Shown here: piece after piece, positions 8,470-17,376 of the stretch | Layout of the letters: each line of letters starts with the position of its first letter | Numbering within the stretch: the first letter of the stretch is position 1 | From: Dehalococcoidia bacterium | GTDB lineage: Bacteria > Chloroflexota > Dehalococcoidia > Bin125 | Direction: 5' to 3' | Length of the DNA stretch: 64,000 bases | NCBI GenBank assembly: GCA_963555985.3 | Contig: OY820591.1 | Location: 1,184,001 to 1,248,000 of the forward strand | Program-made: the position numbers and the translations under genes | Notes under the pieces: generated by a model | Databases searched by the model: none | Told to the model about the DNA's origin: nothing | The model's input: the letters and a program-made list of their open reading frames with translations, nothing else

Positions 8470-10904
8470 CCGATGTCAACAAGCAGCTTTGCCTTGCCTT
8501 GATGGGTGCTGAGTCAGGAAAGGAGATCATCGATCTGCTTACGGACGCTGGCTACTGGGAAGACTCCTCTGCTTGGCGACTGCTGGGCGATGCTGAGAAC
8601 AATTTCTCAGTGGTGGGAAGCCAACAGAGCGAGCCAATACCTGCTCTCGTTGAGAAGATCGTGAACTCCATCGATGCGCTGCTGCTCGGCGAGTGTCGCG
8701 CGCGGGGAATCGATCCAGAGAGCGACTTAGCGCCAAAGTCGCCGCAGCAGGCCGTAGCGGAGTTCTTTGAGAATCGTCTACACGGCGAATTCAACCCCGC
8801 TCAAGACGGCCAGATCGAGTATTGGCATGAAGACCGCGTTAGAGAGGTAGCGAGACATCTCACAGTCACGGCGAGCGGTGCCAAACCCAGAGAGGGAAAT
8901 CCATCGGTCTCTATTGCCGACGGCGGTGAAGGGCAGTCGCCAGACGAATTTCCGAATACGCTCCTTTCGCTTACCAAGTCGAACAAGCTTCGAATTCCAT
9001 TTGTGCAGGGCAAGTTCAACATGGGAGGCACAGGTGCACTGCAGTTCTGTGGGACACCTCAGAATTTCCAACTCATCGTGTCCAAGCGGCGGCAAGACAT
9101 TCCGGCGACCGATACGGATCCGCGGCGTGGCGAGTGGGGCTTCACGATTGTGCGACGCGACGATCCCGCCGGATCTGAACGTAGTTCGGTCTACAGGTAC
9201 CTTGCCCCTGATAGAGCCGTTCTCTCATTCCACGCTCCGGAGCTTGGGATCTTTCCAGACGAGACTACGGGCCAGCCCTATGGACGAAGCAGCTCGCACG
9301 GCACGCTCATCAAGCTCTATGCATATCAGGTTGGATCGAATCGCTCGACCATCACCAGGCGGGGAGGGCTGTTCCGACGAATCGACGCTGCCCTCTCACG
9401 AGCGATTCTCCCCGCACGATACCTAGACACTCGTTATCCAGGAAAGCAGGGTACGCAAGAAAGCAGGGAAAACGGTTTCGGAGTTGAAACGCTTTTGCAT
9501 CGAAGGCGTGCTGAGCTCCTAGAGCCGATGTTTCCACATGTCGGCGAGATTTCGGTTGATGGTGAGCGACTGACAGTGCGAGCTTATGCGTTCCTTCCTC
9601 CGAAGAGCACGAGGAGCACGGGACGCCGTCCCGCTGAGTTGTATCGGTCTCGCAGCAATGCGGTTCTCTTCCTAATCAACGGCCAAATGCACGCAGCACA
9701 AGACACTCGCTTCTTCGCGTCGTCGCGTGTTGGTCTCGATTATCTGCGGCAAGACCTGTTTGTGACAGTCGATTGCACTTCTCTATCCCGTCGATCTAGG
9801 GAAGACCTATTCATGAACAGCCGCGATCGCATGCGCGATGTACCACTGCGCCGTGATCTCGTTACAGCCTTGGAGGAGTTCCTCCGCGATCACCCCGCCT
9901 TGCAGGCACTCAACAGAGCGCGCGGGGATGCGCTTCGTAGCCAAAACGAATCGGAACACGCGGTCAAGAGTTTGGTTGAGCAATTGCTCAAGGATCATCC
10001 CGAGCTACAACGGGTCCTGTTAGGTGGACGCGCGATCCGGCCGATAGTCGATCCGCCACCGCCTCCCCCGTTCAAAGGGAAGGAGTTTCCAACGTTCTTT
10101 TCGCTTGAGTCTCCTAAAGAGAAGGACGGAATCGCTTCCACCGCAACTGCAAGAACTTCGCGGCTGCGCCTTCAGTTTCGTACCAATGCCGAAGATGGGT
10201 ACTTCACTAGGCTCAATGACCCTGGCTCCATGTCCATCTGCGATGCGGAGACAGGGAGAGAGCTTACTCAGCACTTCTCGCGCACGGGTCCGGTGTCTGG
10301 AGTTTGTACGATCGTGGCTCGGCACTTGCTGGCGGAGCGCCAAGTCGGGGATGTGGTTGCGCTCAGGATCATCGTCTCTGACAACAATCCGAAGCTAAGG
10401 CCTTCCTTTGAATCCTGCGTGCGGGTAACGGTCAAGGAAGAGGCGTCCCCGCCGAATCCACCTTCACCACCCGCTCCGAAGCTCGACCTGCCTGTAGTCA
10501 CGGAGGTTTGGAAGACAGGATCGCCGGGTTGGGCTGATCTTCACGACTCCGAAGAGTTCGTCTTCAATCATCAGACCGCTGTGCAGATACGGCGGAACTC
10601 TAGTGGAGCCACAGTTGCGGCGTTTGACATCTTCATCAACATGGATAACGCGAACCTCGATCGGGCAAGACGGCGCGCGCGATCCCCGGACGAAATCGAG
10701 ATGCTCAATACACGCTGGCGCCAGGTCTTTGAGTTCCTCACGCTTGGATTCATCTCGGACCACAGTCGATCACTGGCCGAAGACAACGGGAAGAAGGCCG
10801 AGCAATGGTACGAGGAGTCGCCCGGCTCCTTCGTCTATCATGCGACCCGATCCCTCGCTCCCCTTGTCCCGGTGCTGGGCAGTCTGTTCATTGCGAAGGC
10901 CTGA
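8466..10904 (+). CDS. GHKL-superfamily (MORC/HATPase-like) ATPase
   Basis: EKIVNSIDA, DGGEG, GKFNMGG, HGT Bergerat-fold motifs; ATGA overlap with upstream gene. Confidence 0.8.
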   Translation: MTDVNKQLCLALMGAESGKEIIDLLTDAGYWEDSSAWRLLGDAENNFSVVGSQQSEPIPALVEKIVNSIDALLLGECRARGIDPESDLAPKSPQQAVAEFFENRLHGEFNPAQDGQIEYWHEDRVREVARHLTVTASGAKPREGNPSVSIADGGEGQSPDEFPNTLLSLTKSNKLRIPFVQGKFNMGGTGALQFCGTPQNFQLIVSKRRQDIPATDTDPRRGEWGFTIVRRDDPAGSERSSVYRYLAPDRAVLSFHAPELGIFPDETTGQPYGRSSSHGTLIKLYAYQVGSNRSTITRRGGLFRRIDAALSRAILPARYLDTRYPGKQGTQESRENGFGVETLLHRRRAELLEPMFPHVGEISVDGERLTVRAYAFLPPKSTRSTGRRPAELYRSRSNAVLFLINGQMHAAQDTRFFASSRVGLDYLRQDLFVTVDCTSLSRRSREDLFMNSRDRMRDVPLRRDLVTALEEFLRDHPALQALNRARGDALRSQNESEHAVKSLVEQLLKDHPELQRVLLGGRAIRPIVDPPPPPPFKGKEFPTFFSLESPKEKDGIASTATARTSRLRLQFRTNAEDGYFTRLNDPGSMSICDAETGRELTQHFSRTGPVSGVCTIVARHLLAERQVGDVVALRIIVSDNNPKLRPSFESCVRVTVKEEASPPNPPSPPAPKLDLPVVTEVWKTGSPGWADLHDSEEFVFNHQTAVQIRRNSSGATVAAFDIFINMDNANLDRARRRARSPDEIEMLNTRWRQVFEFLTLGFISDHSRSLAEDNGKKAEQWYEESPGSFVYHATRSLAPLVPVLGSLFIAKA

Positions 10905-10932
10905 ACACGGTTCACTTTGGACGATGAAAGGC

Positions 10933-10961
10933 AGGGGCGCGACCCCATCGGGGCCGCCCCT
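10933..10961. terminator. Hairpin between convergent genes
   Basis: aggggcg...cgcccct outer stem with cccc-atc-gggg inner stem. Confidence 0.5.
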
Positions 10962-10983
10962 TGATTTGGTGCCTGACCACCGC

Positions 10984-12261
10984 CTACTCGTGACAGAAGG
11001 ACGGCGCCTGATCCGGCGCCAACTGCATCGCCAGGGCGCAGACCTGCTGCTGCCAGCCCTCGGGCAGGTGGCTGATGTACTCCTGATTGACCGCCCAGGG
11101 GCGAACCAGCATCGTGGTCGTTTCGGGAGCTTGCTGCGCGGTCAGCGCGAGCATGGCGCGAATACTGGGGCTGGAGTCGACGTTCTTGAGCGAGAGCATC
11201 ACGTGGCTGGCCTGGGCGTTGCCGCCGTCGTCGATGACGAAGAGCAACTGACCCTCGTAGACCTGAACGAGCGCGAACTGAGAGCGTCCGACGACGCCGA
11301 CGAGCGTGTCGCTGCCGAGGAATTGCACGACCCCGATGGCGGTGTTGATCAATGCGCCATTGAGGATCAGCACGCCGGCGGCCTCGTGCGTCGCGATTGC
11401 CTCGCCGATCGCCCGGCCCGACGCCACGGGGTCGGTCAGGCTGCCCGCCGGGAGCATGACCTGCACCACCGAGCCGCCGTACACGCTTTCGAGGCCCTCG
11501 CAGCGCTCCGGCAGCGCGAGGTTCACCTCTTCATGGATGATGCAGAGCACCGCGCCGGTCGCGCCCGCGTCGTTGAACTCGCGGCCCGCAAGTTCGCCTG
11601 CGGCGCGATCGTTCAGTCCGTAGTGGACCGTTGAACCGACCAGCCCGGCGACTTCGTCGCCGGAGTTGAAGGTGACGAGGAACGCGCCGCTGGTTCGGAC
11701 GGCGATCAGCGCCTCTTGCAGCCCCTCCAAGTCGGGAATCGATGAGGCGACGCCCAGCGCGCCGCGATCGATGCAGTCCATGATCATTGCTGCGTGCTCA
11801 GCGATGTCCGTCGTACTCTGAATCTCCACATTACTCAGGCCAAGCTCGTAGGCGTTGGCCTGAGCCACGGTGTCGAAATCGACCCAGAAGGGGTCATCGG
11901 CCCGGCCGTGGTGGATCACGCAGTAAAGGTTGTCCGACCCGGCCGGCGCGTCGGGCATAGCGCTCATCGCGTCCGTCGCTTGGGCGACGGTCAAGCCGAC
12001 CGGCGAAGACATACGCCACTCGCCGCTCACATCGGCCGGCAGGAAGCGAGCCTCAGGTCGTTGCAGTTCGCCCCAGCCGCCCTCGGCGTCGCGCTGCTGG
12101 AGAGCGACCTCGACGCGGCCGTCGTCGAGGCGCTTGGCTCCGATCCGAACTTCGGCGTCGGAACTGTGGCCGGCGGCGTAGATCACCCCGGCGATGATCG
12201 CGACGAGCGCGCTGAGCGCGAGGACTGCGGCGCTGATTCGTCGTTTCGTGTTCAGGAACAT
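10984..12261 (-). CDS. Sugar-type solute-binding protein with extra N-terminal domain, paralog 3
   Basis: Start MFLNTKRR after AAAGGAGG RBS; LYCVIHHG..DPFW, TFNSG, GLND, ERCEG. Confidence 0.8.
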   Translation of the reverse strand: MFLNTKRRISAAVLALSALVAIIAGVIYAAGHSSDAEVRIGAKRLDDGRVEVALQQRDAEGGWGELQRPEARFLPADVSGEWRMSSPVGLTVAQATDAMSAMPDAPAGSDNLYCVIHHGRADDPFWVDFDTVAQANAYELGLSNVEIQSTTDIAEHAAMIMDCIDRGALGVASSIPDLEGLQEALIAVRTSGAFLVTFNSGDEVAGLVGSTVHYGLNDRAAGELAGREFNDAGATGAVLCIIHEEVNLALPERCEGLESVYGGSVVQVMLPAGSLTDPVASGRAIGEAIATHEAAGVLILNGALINTAIGVVQFLGSDTLVGVVGRSQFALVQVYEGQLLFVIDDGGNAQASHVMLSLKNVDSSPSIRAMLALTAQQAPETTTMLVRPWAVNQEYISHLPEGWQQQVCALAMQLAPDQAPSFCHE

Positions 12262-12343
12262 GAAGCGTCCTCCTTTCCGTACGAGGGTTGCATGATAATC
12301 AGAAATCCAACGGCAAAGGCCGGTGTTTCCACCGGATAGCAAA

Positions 12344-12372
12344 CGGGCGCGGGGGACAAACCCCCGCGCCCG
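12344..12372 (-). terminator. Intrinsic terminator after thiolase
   Basis: Perfect 12-bp stem cgggcgcggggg-acaaa-cccccgcgcccg followed by TTT on the minus strand. Confidence 0.7.
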
Positions 12373-12406
12373 CGAATGCGCTCCTGTGACGGAGTGAAGT
12401 CGGCGA

Positions 12407-13711
12407 CTACACCGCCTCAAGAATCGTCGAAATCCCCATCCCGGCGCCGATGCATTGCGTCGCCAGACCGTAGCGTGTCCCCGAACGCTTCAGCTCACGA
12501 CTCACCGTCGTGACCAACCGCGTCCCGGTCGCGCCCAGCGGGTGACCGATGGCCAGCGAGCCGCCGTTGACGTTCACGCGCTCCATCGGGATGCCCAGCT
12601 CTTTGACCGACGGGATCACCTGCGCCGCGAAGGCCTCGTTGAACTCGACCCGGTCGATCTCCGAAGCGTCGATGCCCGCGTGCGCCAGCGCCTTGCGGGT
12701 CGCCGGAATCGGGCCAAGACCCATTACCTGCGGCTTCACGCCGCCGACGCCGAAGCCCGCGATCCGCGCCAGCGGCTCCAGACCCAGCTCTTCCGCCCGC
12801 CGCTCGCTCATCAGCAGCGCTGCGGTGAAGCCGTCGTTGGTCGGGCAGGAGTTGCCCGCCGTGATCCGGATCTCGCTCTGCGTGTGCGAGACCGTCCCGC
12901 GCACCGTGCGCAGACCGGCCAGACCCTCGAAGTTCGTGCCCGGGCGGTAGCCCTCGTCCACGCTCACGACGCGCTTCTCGCCGCGCTCCTCGAGCACCAG
13001 GTTGCGCTCTTCGTCGAAGACCGGCGTCTCCACCTCGATCGGCACGATCTCGCGCTCGTAGAAGCCCGAAGCCAGCGCTTCGCCGTACTTGCGGTGCGAC
13101 TCGACCGCGAACTCGTCCAGCGTCTCGCGCGAGATGTCGTACATCTCGGCCACGTTCTGCGCCGTTTGCAGCATCGAGCAGACCGGCGAACTGTCCAGAA
13201 TCTCGTCCGGAATCGGCACCGAGAAGTCGAGGCCGTGGCTCGGCAGCAAATTGCGCTGGTCCGGCGACTGCTGGTGGCGATCCTGGTTGAACTCGGTGAT
13301 CCGCGTCGGAGCCGCGCCGCCGCCGCCGCCAAGCTGACGGCCCATGCGCTCCACGCCCAGCGCGACCCCAATGTCAATCGCGCCGACCATGATCTCCTGC
13401 GCCACCCGGTGCAGCGTCTCCATCGACGAGCCGCACTGACGGTTCGAGTCGAACGTGCAGACCGACTCCGGCAGCCCGGCCAGGCGCACGATGTGGTTCG
13501 CGCCGATCCCGGCCAGCTCGGTCACGCCCCCGACGCAGCCCATGCCCACGTCTTCGATCTCATGCGGCGACACCTGCGGGTAGCGCGACAGCAACTCCTG
13601 CAAGACCTGCACGCCAATCGTGTCCAGGCGAGTCGCCGTGAACGCCCCGCGTCCGCCCCGAGTAAAGGCGGAACGCACGCCGTCCACAATCACTACGTTC
13701 TGCATCTCCAT
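12407..13711 (-). CDS. Thiolase (acetyl-CoA C-acyltransferase)
   Basis: NRQCGSSM, NEAFAAQ, GHPLGATG, CIGAGMG. Confidence 0.93.
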   Translation of the reverse strand: MEMQNVVIVDGVRSAFTRGGRGAFTATRLDTIGVQVLQELLSRYPQVSPHEIEDVGMGCVGGVTELAGIGANHIVRLAGLPESVCTFDSNRQCGSSMETLHRVAQEIMVGAIDIGVALGVERMGRQLGGGGGAAPTRITEFNQDRHQQSPDQRNLLPSHGLDFSVPIPDEILDSSPVCSMLQTAQNVAEMYDISRETLDEFAVESHRKYGEALASGFYEREIVPIEVETPVFDEERNLVLEERGEKRVVSVDEGYRPGTNFEGLAGLRTVRGTVSHTQSEIRITAGNSCPTNDGFTAALLMSERRAEELGLEPLARIAGFGVGGVKPQVMGLGPIPATRKALAHAGIDASEIDRVEFNEAFAAQVIPSVKELGIPMERVNVNGGSLAIGHPLGATGTRLVTTVSRELKRSGTRYGLATQCIGAGMGISTILEAV

Positions 13712-13784
13712 CGTTCGATTCCTCTCTCTGAGGCGCCCACGCGCCGTCTGTTGCGAGTCAAACGCAGTGTAGCGCCTCAGATCA

Positions 13785-13843
13785 GACCTCCCCCTCCGGG
13801 GGAAGTGCCGCGCAGGGACGGAGGGAGATCCCCAATTCCCGCT
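13785..13843. repeat. Degenerate REP-like palindrome
   Basis: ctcccctccggggggaagtgccgcgcagggacggaggg resembles the family at 27523-27570. Confidence 0.45.
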
Positions 13844-14245
13844 TCATGCGGTCTCGATGCGCAGCCCGTCGATGCGCCGGAAATGCCGGGCGTTGTTGGT
13901 CAACATGGTCAGGTCGTATTGCAGCGCAGTCGCGGCGATCATCGCGTCGAAGTTGCCGATCGGATTGCCTTGCTGCTGTAGCCGCGCTCTGATCCGACCG
14001 AAGACCTCGCAGGTCTCCGGGTCAATGTTGAGCAAGGTGAATTGCGCAACGAAATCAAGCATCTCTGCGCGTTGGCGGAATGCGTCTGCCACCAGATTTG
14101 GCCCGACAGACAGCTCGGCCAGGGAGATCACGCTGATCGCGATGCCCTGTGGGGCGAGCTCATCAATACGGCGGCGAGTCCGACTAGAGGCGCGGCCGCC
14201 TCTGAGCGCATTGATCACCCAGTCGCTGTCCAGCAAGTAGCGCAC
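13844..14245 (-). CDS. vapC: VapC-family PIN-domain toxin
   Basis: YLLDSD, SLAEL, FDAMIAATAL, TNN..HF. Confidence 0.9.
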   Translation of the reverse strand: MRYLLDSDWVINALRGGRASSRTRRRIDELAPQGIAISVISLAELSVGPNLVADAFRQRAEMLDFVAQFTLLNIDPETCEVFGRIRARLQQQGNPIGNFDAMIAATALQYDLTMLTNNARHFRRIDGLRIETA

Positions 14246-14248
14246 TGG

Positions 14249-14446
14249 CTAATCGTCGACGTCGTTCTCAGCGCACAGCGCACACTTGCAGGAGCCGTAG
14301 ATCTCCTCAAAGTGCGGATTGTCCTCGAAGTGTTGCGCCCACGCGCCGGCAGCGCGGTCGCGTCGCTTGCGCGCTTCTTCCGGGTCCAGTGGCGGTCCGC
14401 CGTGAACCGCTTCCCAGACAGTCAGGAACTTGCCCTGTTCCGACAT
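14249..14446 (-). CDS. Putative antitoxin (VapB-like)
   Basis: Small ORF ending 3 nt upstream of vapC; AAGAW..FEEIY motif. Confidence 0.55.
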   Translation of the reverse strand: MSEQGKFLTVWEAVHGGPPLDPEEARKRRDRAAGAWAQHFEDNPHFEEIYGSCKCALCAENDVDD

Positions 14447-14509
14447 CGCGCGACCCTTCTCACTCACCATGCACCCAGCCTACAGCGTCTGACCCGCCCG
14501 ACTCCGCCG

Positions 14510-14650
14510 CCTCAGTTCCCGCTTCACGCGGGAACCCGCCCCCTTCCACTCTCCCCCGCAGGAGGAGACATCGCAAACCCCCTCCCCCCTCTGCGGGGGG
14601 AGAATGTCACGTAGAGCCTGCCCCCGCGAAGGCGGGGGACAGAGGGGGGG
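14510..14650. repeat. Nested palindromic repeat cluster
   Basis: gttcccgc-ttcac-gcgggaac hairpin, GAGACATCGCAAAC end motif, ctcccccc-tctgc-ggggggag and a tgtc..gacagagggg hairpin with 23-nt insert. Confidence 0.75.
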
Positions 14651-15202
14651 CTACGCCCCAAAGACAGCCGCCAAGGGACAGCGAAACCCAGGCAACACAT
14701 CCAACCCGTCCAACTCCCCGTCCCCGCCAATCACCTCAACCGCTTGACCGCCATAGTGCACCTCCACGCTGCGCCGGTCGGGATACACGACCCAGACCAG
14801 CCGCACGCCAAAGCTCAGCCACATCCGCGCCTTGTCATAGACCTCACGCGCGCCTCGGTTGAATCCCTGCACTTCCACCACCAGATCAGGGACAACCTCG
14901 GCATACCCCGTGATCCGCCGATCAAGCGGGAGCTTGTCCAACGACGTGTAGGCGATCGGCGCTTCCCGCACGGTGTCGGGCCCGCGTTCCAACAGATACC
15001 CCGATCCGATCGTCCCGCGCCCCAGCTGATGTTGATGCAAGAAGTTGCTGATCTGAAACCCCAGGCTGGCGATAATCGCCCCGCTCTCGAACCCACCCGG
15101 CTGACGCTCGCACAACACCCCTCGAACCAGTTCGCCGCGAACACCCTCGCTGTGCAAGCGCAACAGATCGTCGGCGGTCAGCAACTGAGGCTGGATCGTC
15201 AT
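14651..15202 (-). CDS. Uma2 (DUF820) family protein, catalytic motif degenerate
   Basis: LLTADDL..GELVRG, VPDLVVEV, YxKARMWL..GVRLVWVV, LDGLDVLPGF; ATGA-coupled to upstream gene. Confidence 0.85.
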   Translation of the reverse strand: MTIQPQLLTADDLLRLHSEGVRGELVRGVLCERQPGGFESGAIIASLGFQISNFLHQHQLGRGTIGSGYLLERGPDTVREAPIAYTSLDKLPLDRRITGYAEVVPDLVVEVQGFNRGAREVYDKARMWLSFGVRLVWVVYPDRRSVEVHYGGQAVEVIGGDGELDGLDVLPGFRCPLAAVFGA

Positions 15203-16284
15203 TGCGCCGCCTTTCTCCGATTGTCTTTCTTGCAGAGCATCTGGCAGTTCTCTTCCACCGTCTTGCCACCTTCCGACCAGGGAGTGATGTGGTCCGCCTC
15301 CATCCCTCGAATGTCGAACGACTCTTTGCAGATCGGGCATATCCCATCTTGCTTCTCATAAACCTTCTGCTTCATCGACGGCGAGAATGCTCGGATGTTC
15401 AGATGCTTCTCGTCACGAGTCAGCACATACGGATAGATGCCGGACTTCCTCTGGACATCATCGTCCGCCACGAGGCGAGCCACTTCGCGCTCAATCGCCT
15501 CTGGATCGTACGGCGCGTTCTTGTATTCGTCGTACAGCTGACCCCACTCGACGCCTTTCGTGAACTTCGGACGCCGCTTGGTAAAACGCGACTCCACCCA
15601 CTCAATCACTGATTGGAAATGATCCCACAGGGGTTCCGCCTTGAGTTCGTGCTGATGCGTCGCCATATAATCGGTGATGTTGCCCCGACTCGCCCAGTGA
15701 ATAGCCGTTTCAAGGTACTCCTGCCGGTTCACAGCGCCTTGGACGTAATGCTGACCAATCTGGTAGGCGGCGCATCCGTTCCGGCTGAAGTACCTCTTGG
15801 CATCGGACAGCCATGAGCCCGCATAGACTGCGTTGCGAAGTTCCTGATTCGTCAGCTTCACTCCGGCGATATTGACGGTCTCGAACCAATCCAGCTTCTC
15901 GCTGTCAGCGCCGCTGCAAACATAAACCATCAGTTCGTAATCGAGGAACTGAGCTTTCCTGTCTGACGGCAGATTGTGGAAGTACAACTCCTGGTGGGAG
16001 AAATCACCAACGACGTACTGAGCGACAGAGATCGTCCGTTGCTGGCCATCGATGATCTCATACGTGTCGTCGTCTCGGGCGGCCCAATACATCACATTGA
16101 GCGGAAATCCCTTGATGACCGTATCGATCACCGCGTCCCGCTGTTTGGCCTTGTAGACGAATTCGCGCTGATATGGAGGGCGGATATCCAACTTGCCCCC
16201 GAACCCTGTGACGCCGCCCTCGCCGTCGTCGGAGTAGCCCTCGACCAGATCACGGATCGTCAACTCCTTCAGCTGGATGTCCAT
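15199..16284 (-). CDS. DUF262 (GmrS-like) + HNH endonuclease
   Basis: YQREFVY, IIDGQQR, FETVN.AG; C-terminal CPIC..EADH.PW..GG..NCQMLC. Confidence 0.9.
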   Translation of the reverse strand: MDIQLKELTIRDLVEGYSDDGEGGVTGFGGKLDIRPPYQREFVYKAKQRDAVIDTVIKGFPLNVMYWAARDDDTYEIIDGQQRTISVAQYVVGDFSHQELYFHNLPSDRKAQFLDYELMVYVCSGADSEKLDWFETVNIAGVKLTNQELRNAVYAGSWLSDAKRYFSRNGCAAYQIGQHYVQGAVNRQEYLETAIHWASRGNITDYMATHQHELKAEPLWDHFQSVIEWVESRFTKRRPKFTKGVEWGQLYDEYKNAPYDPEAIEREVARLVADDDVQRKSGIYPYVLTRDEKHLNIRAFSPSMKQKVYEKQDGICPICKESFDIRGMEADHITPWSEGGKTVEENCQMLCKKDNRRKAAQ

Positions 16285-16286
16285 TG

Positions 16287-17285
16287 CTACGCACCTTGTC
16301 GCTGGATGACGATTCGGAAATACGGCTCTTTTCCATTGACCCGCAAGTCTCTATCATCATCTCCCTTGCGGAACTTGACGATGCGGAACTGCTCTGGATT
16401 GTGTTTATCCAGGAACGTGATCGGCACTCCCATTGCGCCGCCGTAGTCACGCGGGATGTTCGCCACGCGGTTCACGTCGATCGCGTCGTAGTTGTCATAG
16501 GTCGGGTAATCCTCGGGCGCGTACTTCTTCACGAGGATCAGTTCCTCGTGCCGCTTGCGGTGGTCGAGGTTGGTGAACCAGTTGATGCTGCCCATGCTGA
16601 AATACTTGAGGCCGTCGACGATCCTCTTGCGGGATTCCGTCTTGATGTCGTAGTCCATTGGGACGCGAAACCACTTTTCCCCCCCATTGTTGTTACCCAG
16701 CCACATCCGCCCGTCCTTGAGCAGCGGAAAGATCTCCTTGTAGGTGATCGCGTTCTGTTGGCCCAGAATGAGGAACTGCTTGCTGTGTTCCATGAGCTGT
16801 GCCACATACTCGCGGAACAGCGAGAACGGAGGGTTCGTCACCACGACATCCGCCTCCTCAAGCAGAGCGACGCACTCCGCGCTGCGGAAATCACCGTCAC
16901 CCTCGAGCTGCGTCACGGCGCTGGGGTCGCTCTCCAGAAGGCGGCGAACGTCGCTGAGTCCGGTAGCGCCGTCCCCGTCGAGGTCGTCCACACGGGTAAT
17001 CTCAGTCTTGTAGGCGGGTGCCAGGCGCAACGCTAGTTGCTCACCGGCGATAGATGAGCCCGCATAGCTGGTTGCGGCGAGCTTCTTGAGGCCCAAGGCG
17101 TTGAAGTTCGAGGCGAAATACTTGAAGAAGCTGCTCTCGAAGGGATCATCGCAGTTCAGGTACACGACCTTGCCGCGGAAATGCGCTCTGTAATGGCGCA
17201 ATTCGTTCTCGATGTCGGCCAACTGGGTGTAGAACTCATCGTTCTTCTGGCGTTTGGCCTGGTGCAGAAAACGGTTGTTGCTCAC
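16287..17285 (-). CDS. EcoRI-family adenine-specific DNA methyltransferase
   Basis: KNDEFYT, NCDDP, GDGDFRS, NPPFS, YDNYDAI, MGVPITF. Confidence 0.9.
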   Translation of the reverse strand: MSNNRFLHQAKRQKNDEFYTQLADIENELRHYRAHFRGKVVYLNCDDPFESSFFKYFASNFNALGLKKLAATSYAGSSIAGEQLALRLAPAYKTEITRVDDLDGDGATGLSDVRRLLESDPSAVTQLEGDGDFRSAECVALLEEADVVVTNPPFSLFREYVAQLMEHSKQFLILGQQNAITYKEIFPLLKDGRMWLGNNNGGEKWFRVPMDYDIKTESRKRIVDGLKYFSMGSINWFTNLDHRKRHEELILVKKYAPEDYPTYDNYDAIDVNRVANIPRDYGGAMGVPITFLDKHNPEQFRIVKFRKGDDDRDLRVNGKEPYFRIVIQRQGA

Positions 17286-17376
17286 TTACGGCCTCCAGAC
17301 CCTGGCTGTGCAAGCGAGTCCGCGCCGGACCCCCGAAGGAGCCCGGCGCAGCGATTGGTCATCCAACGGCTCAGAC

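Noticed and set aside
12455-13981. 508-aa plus-strand ORF (also 5755-7059, 17254-18588, 23782-25497, 25537-27450, 38314-39570, 55851-57284, 62702-63901)
   Set aside because: Shadow or alternate-frame ORFs overlapping well-supported genes
14516-14536. gttcccgcttcacgcgggaac resembles a type I-E CRISPR repeat
   Set aside because: Single copy within a REP-like cluster
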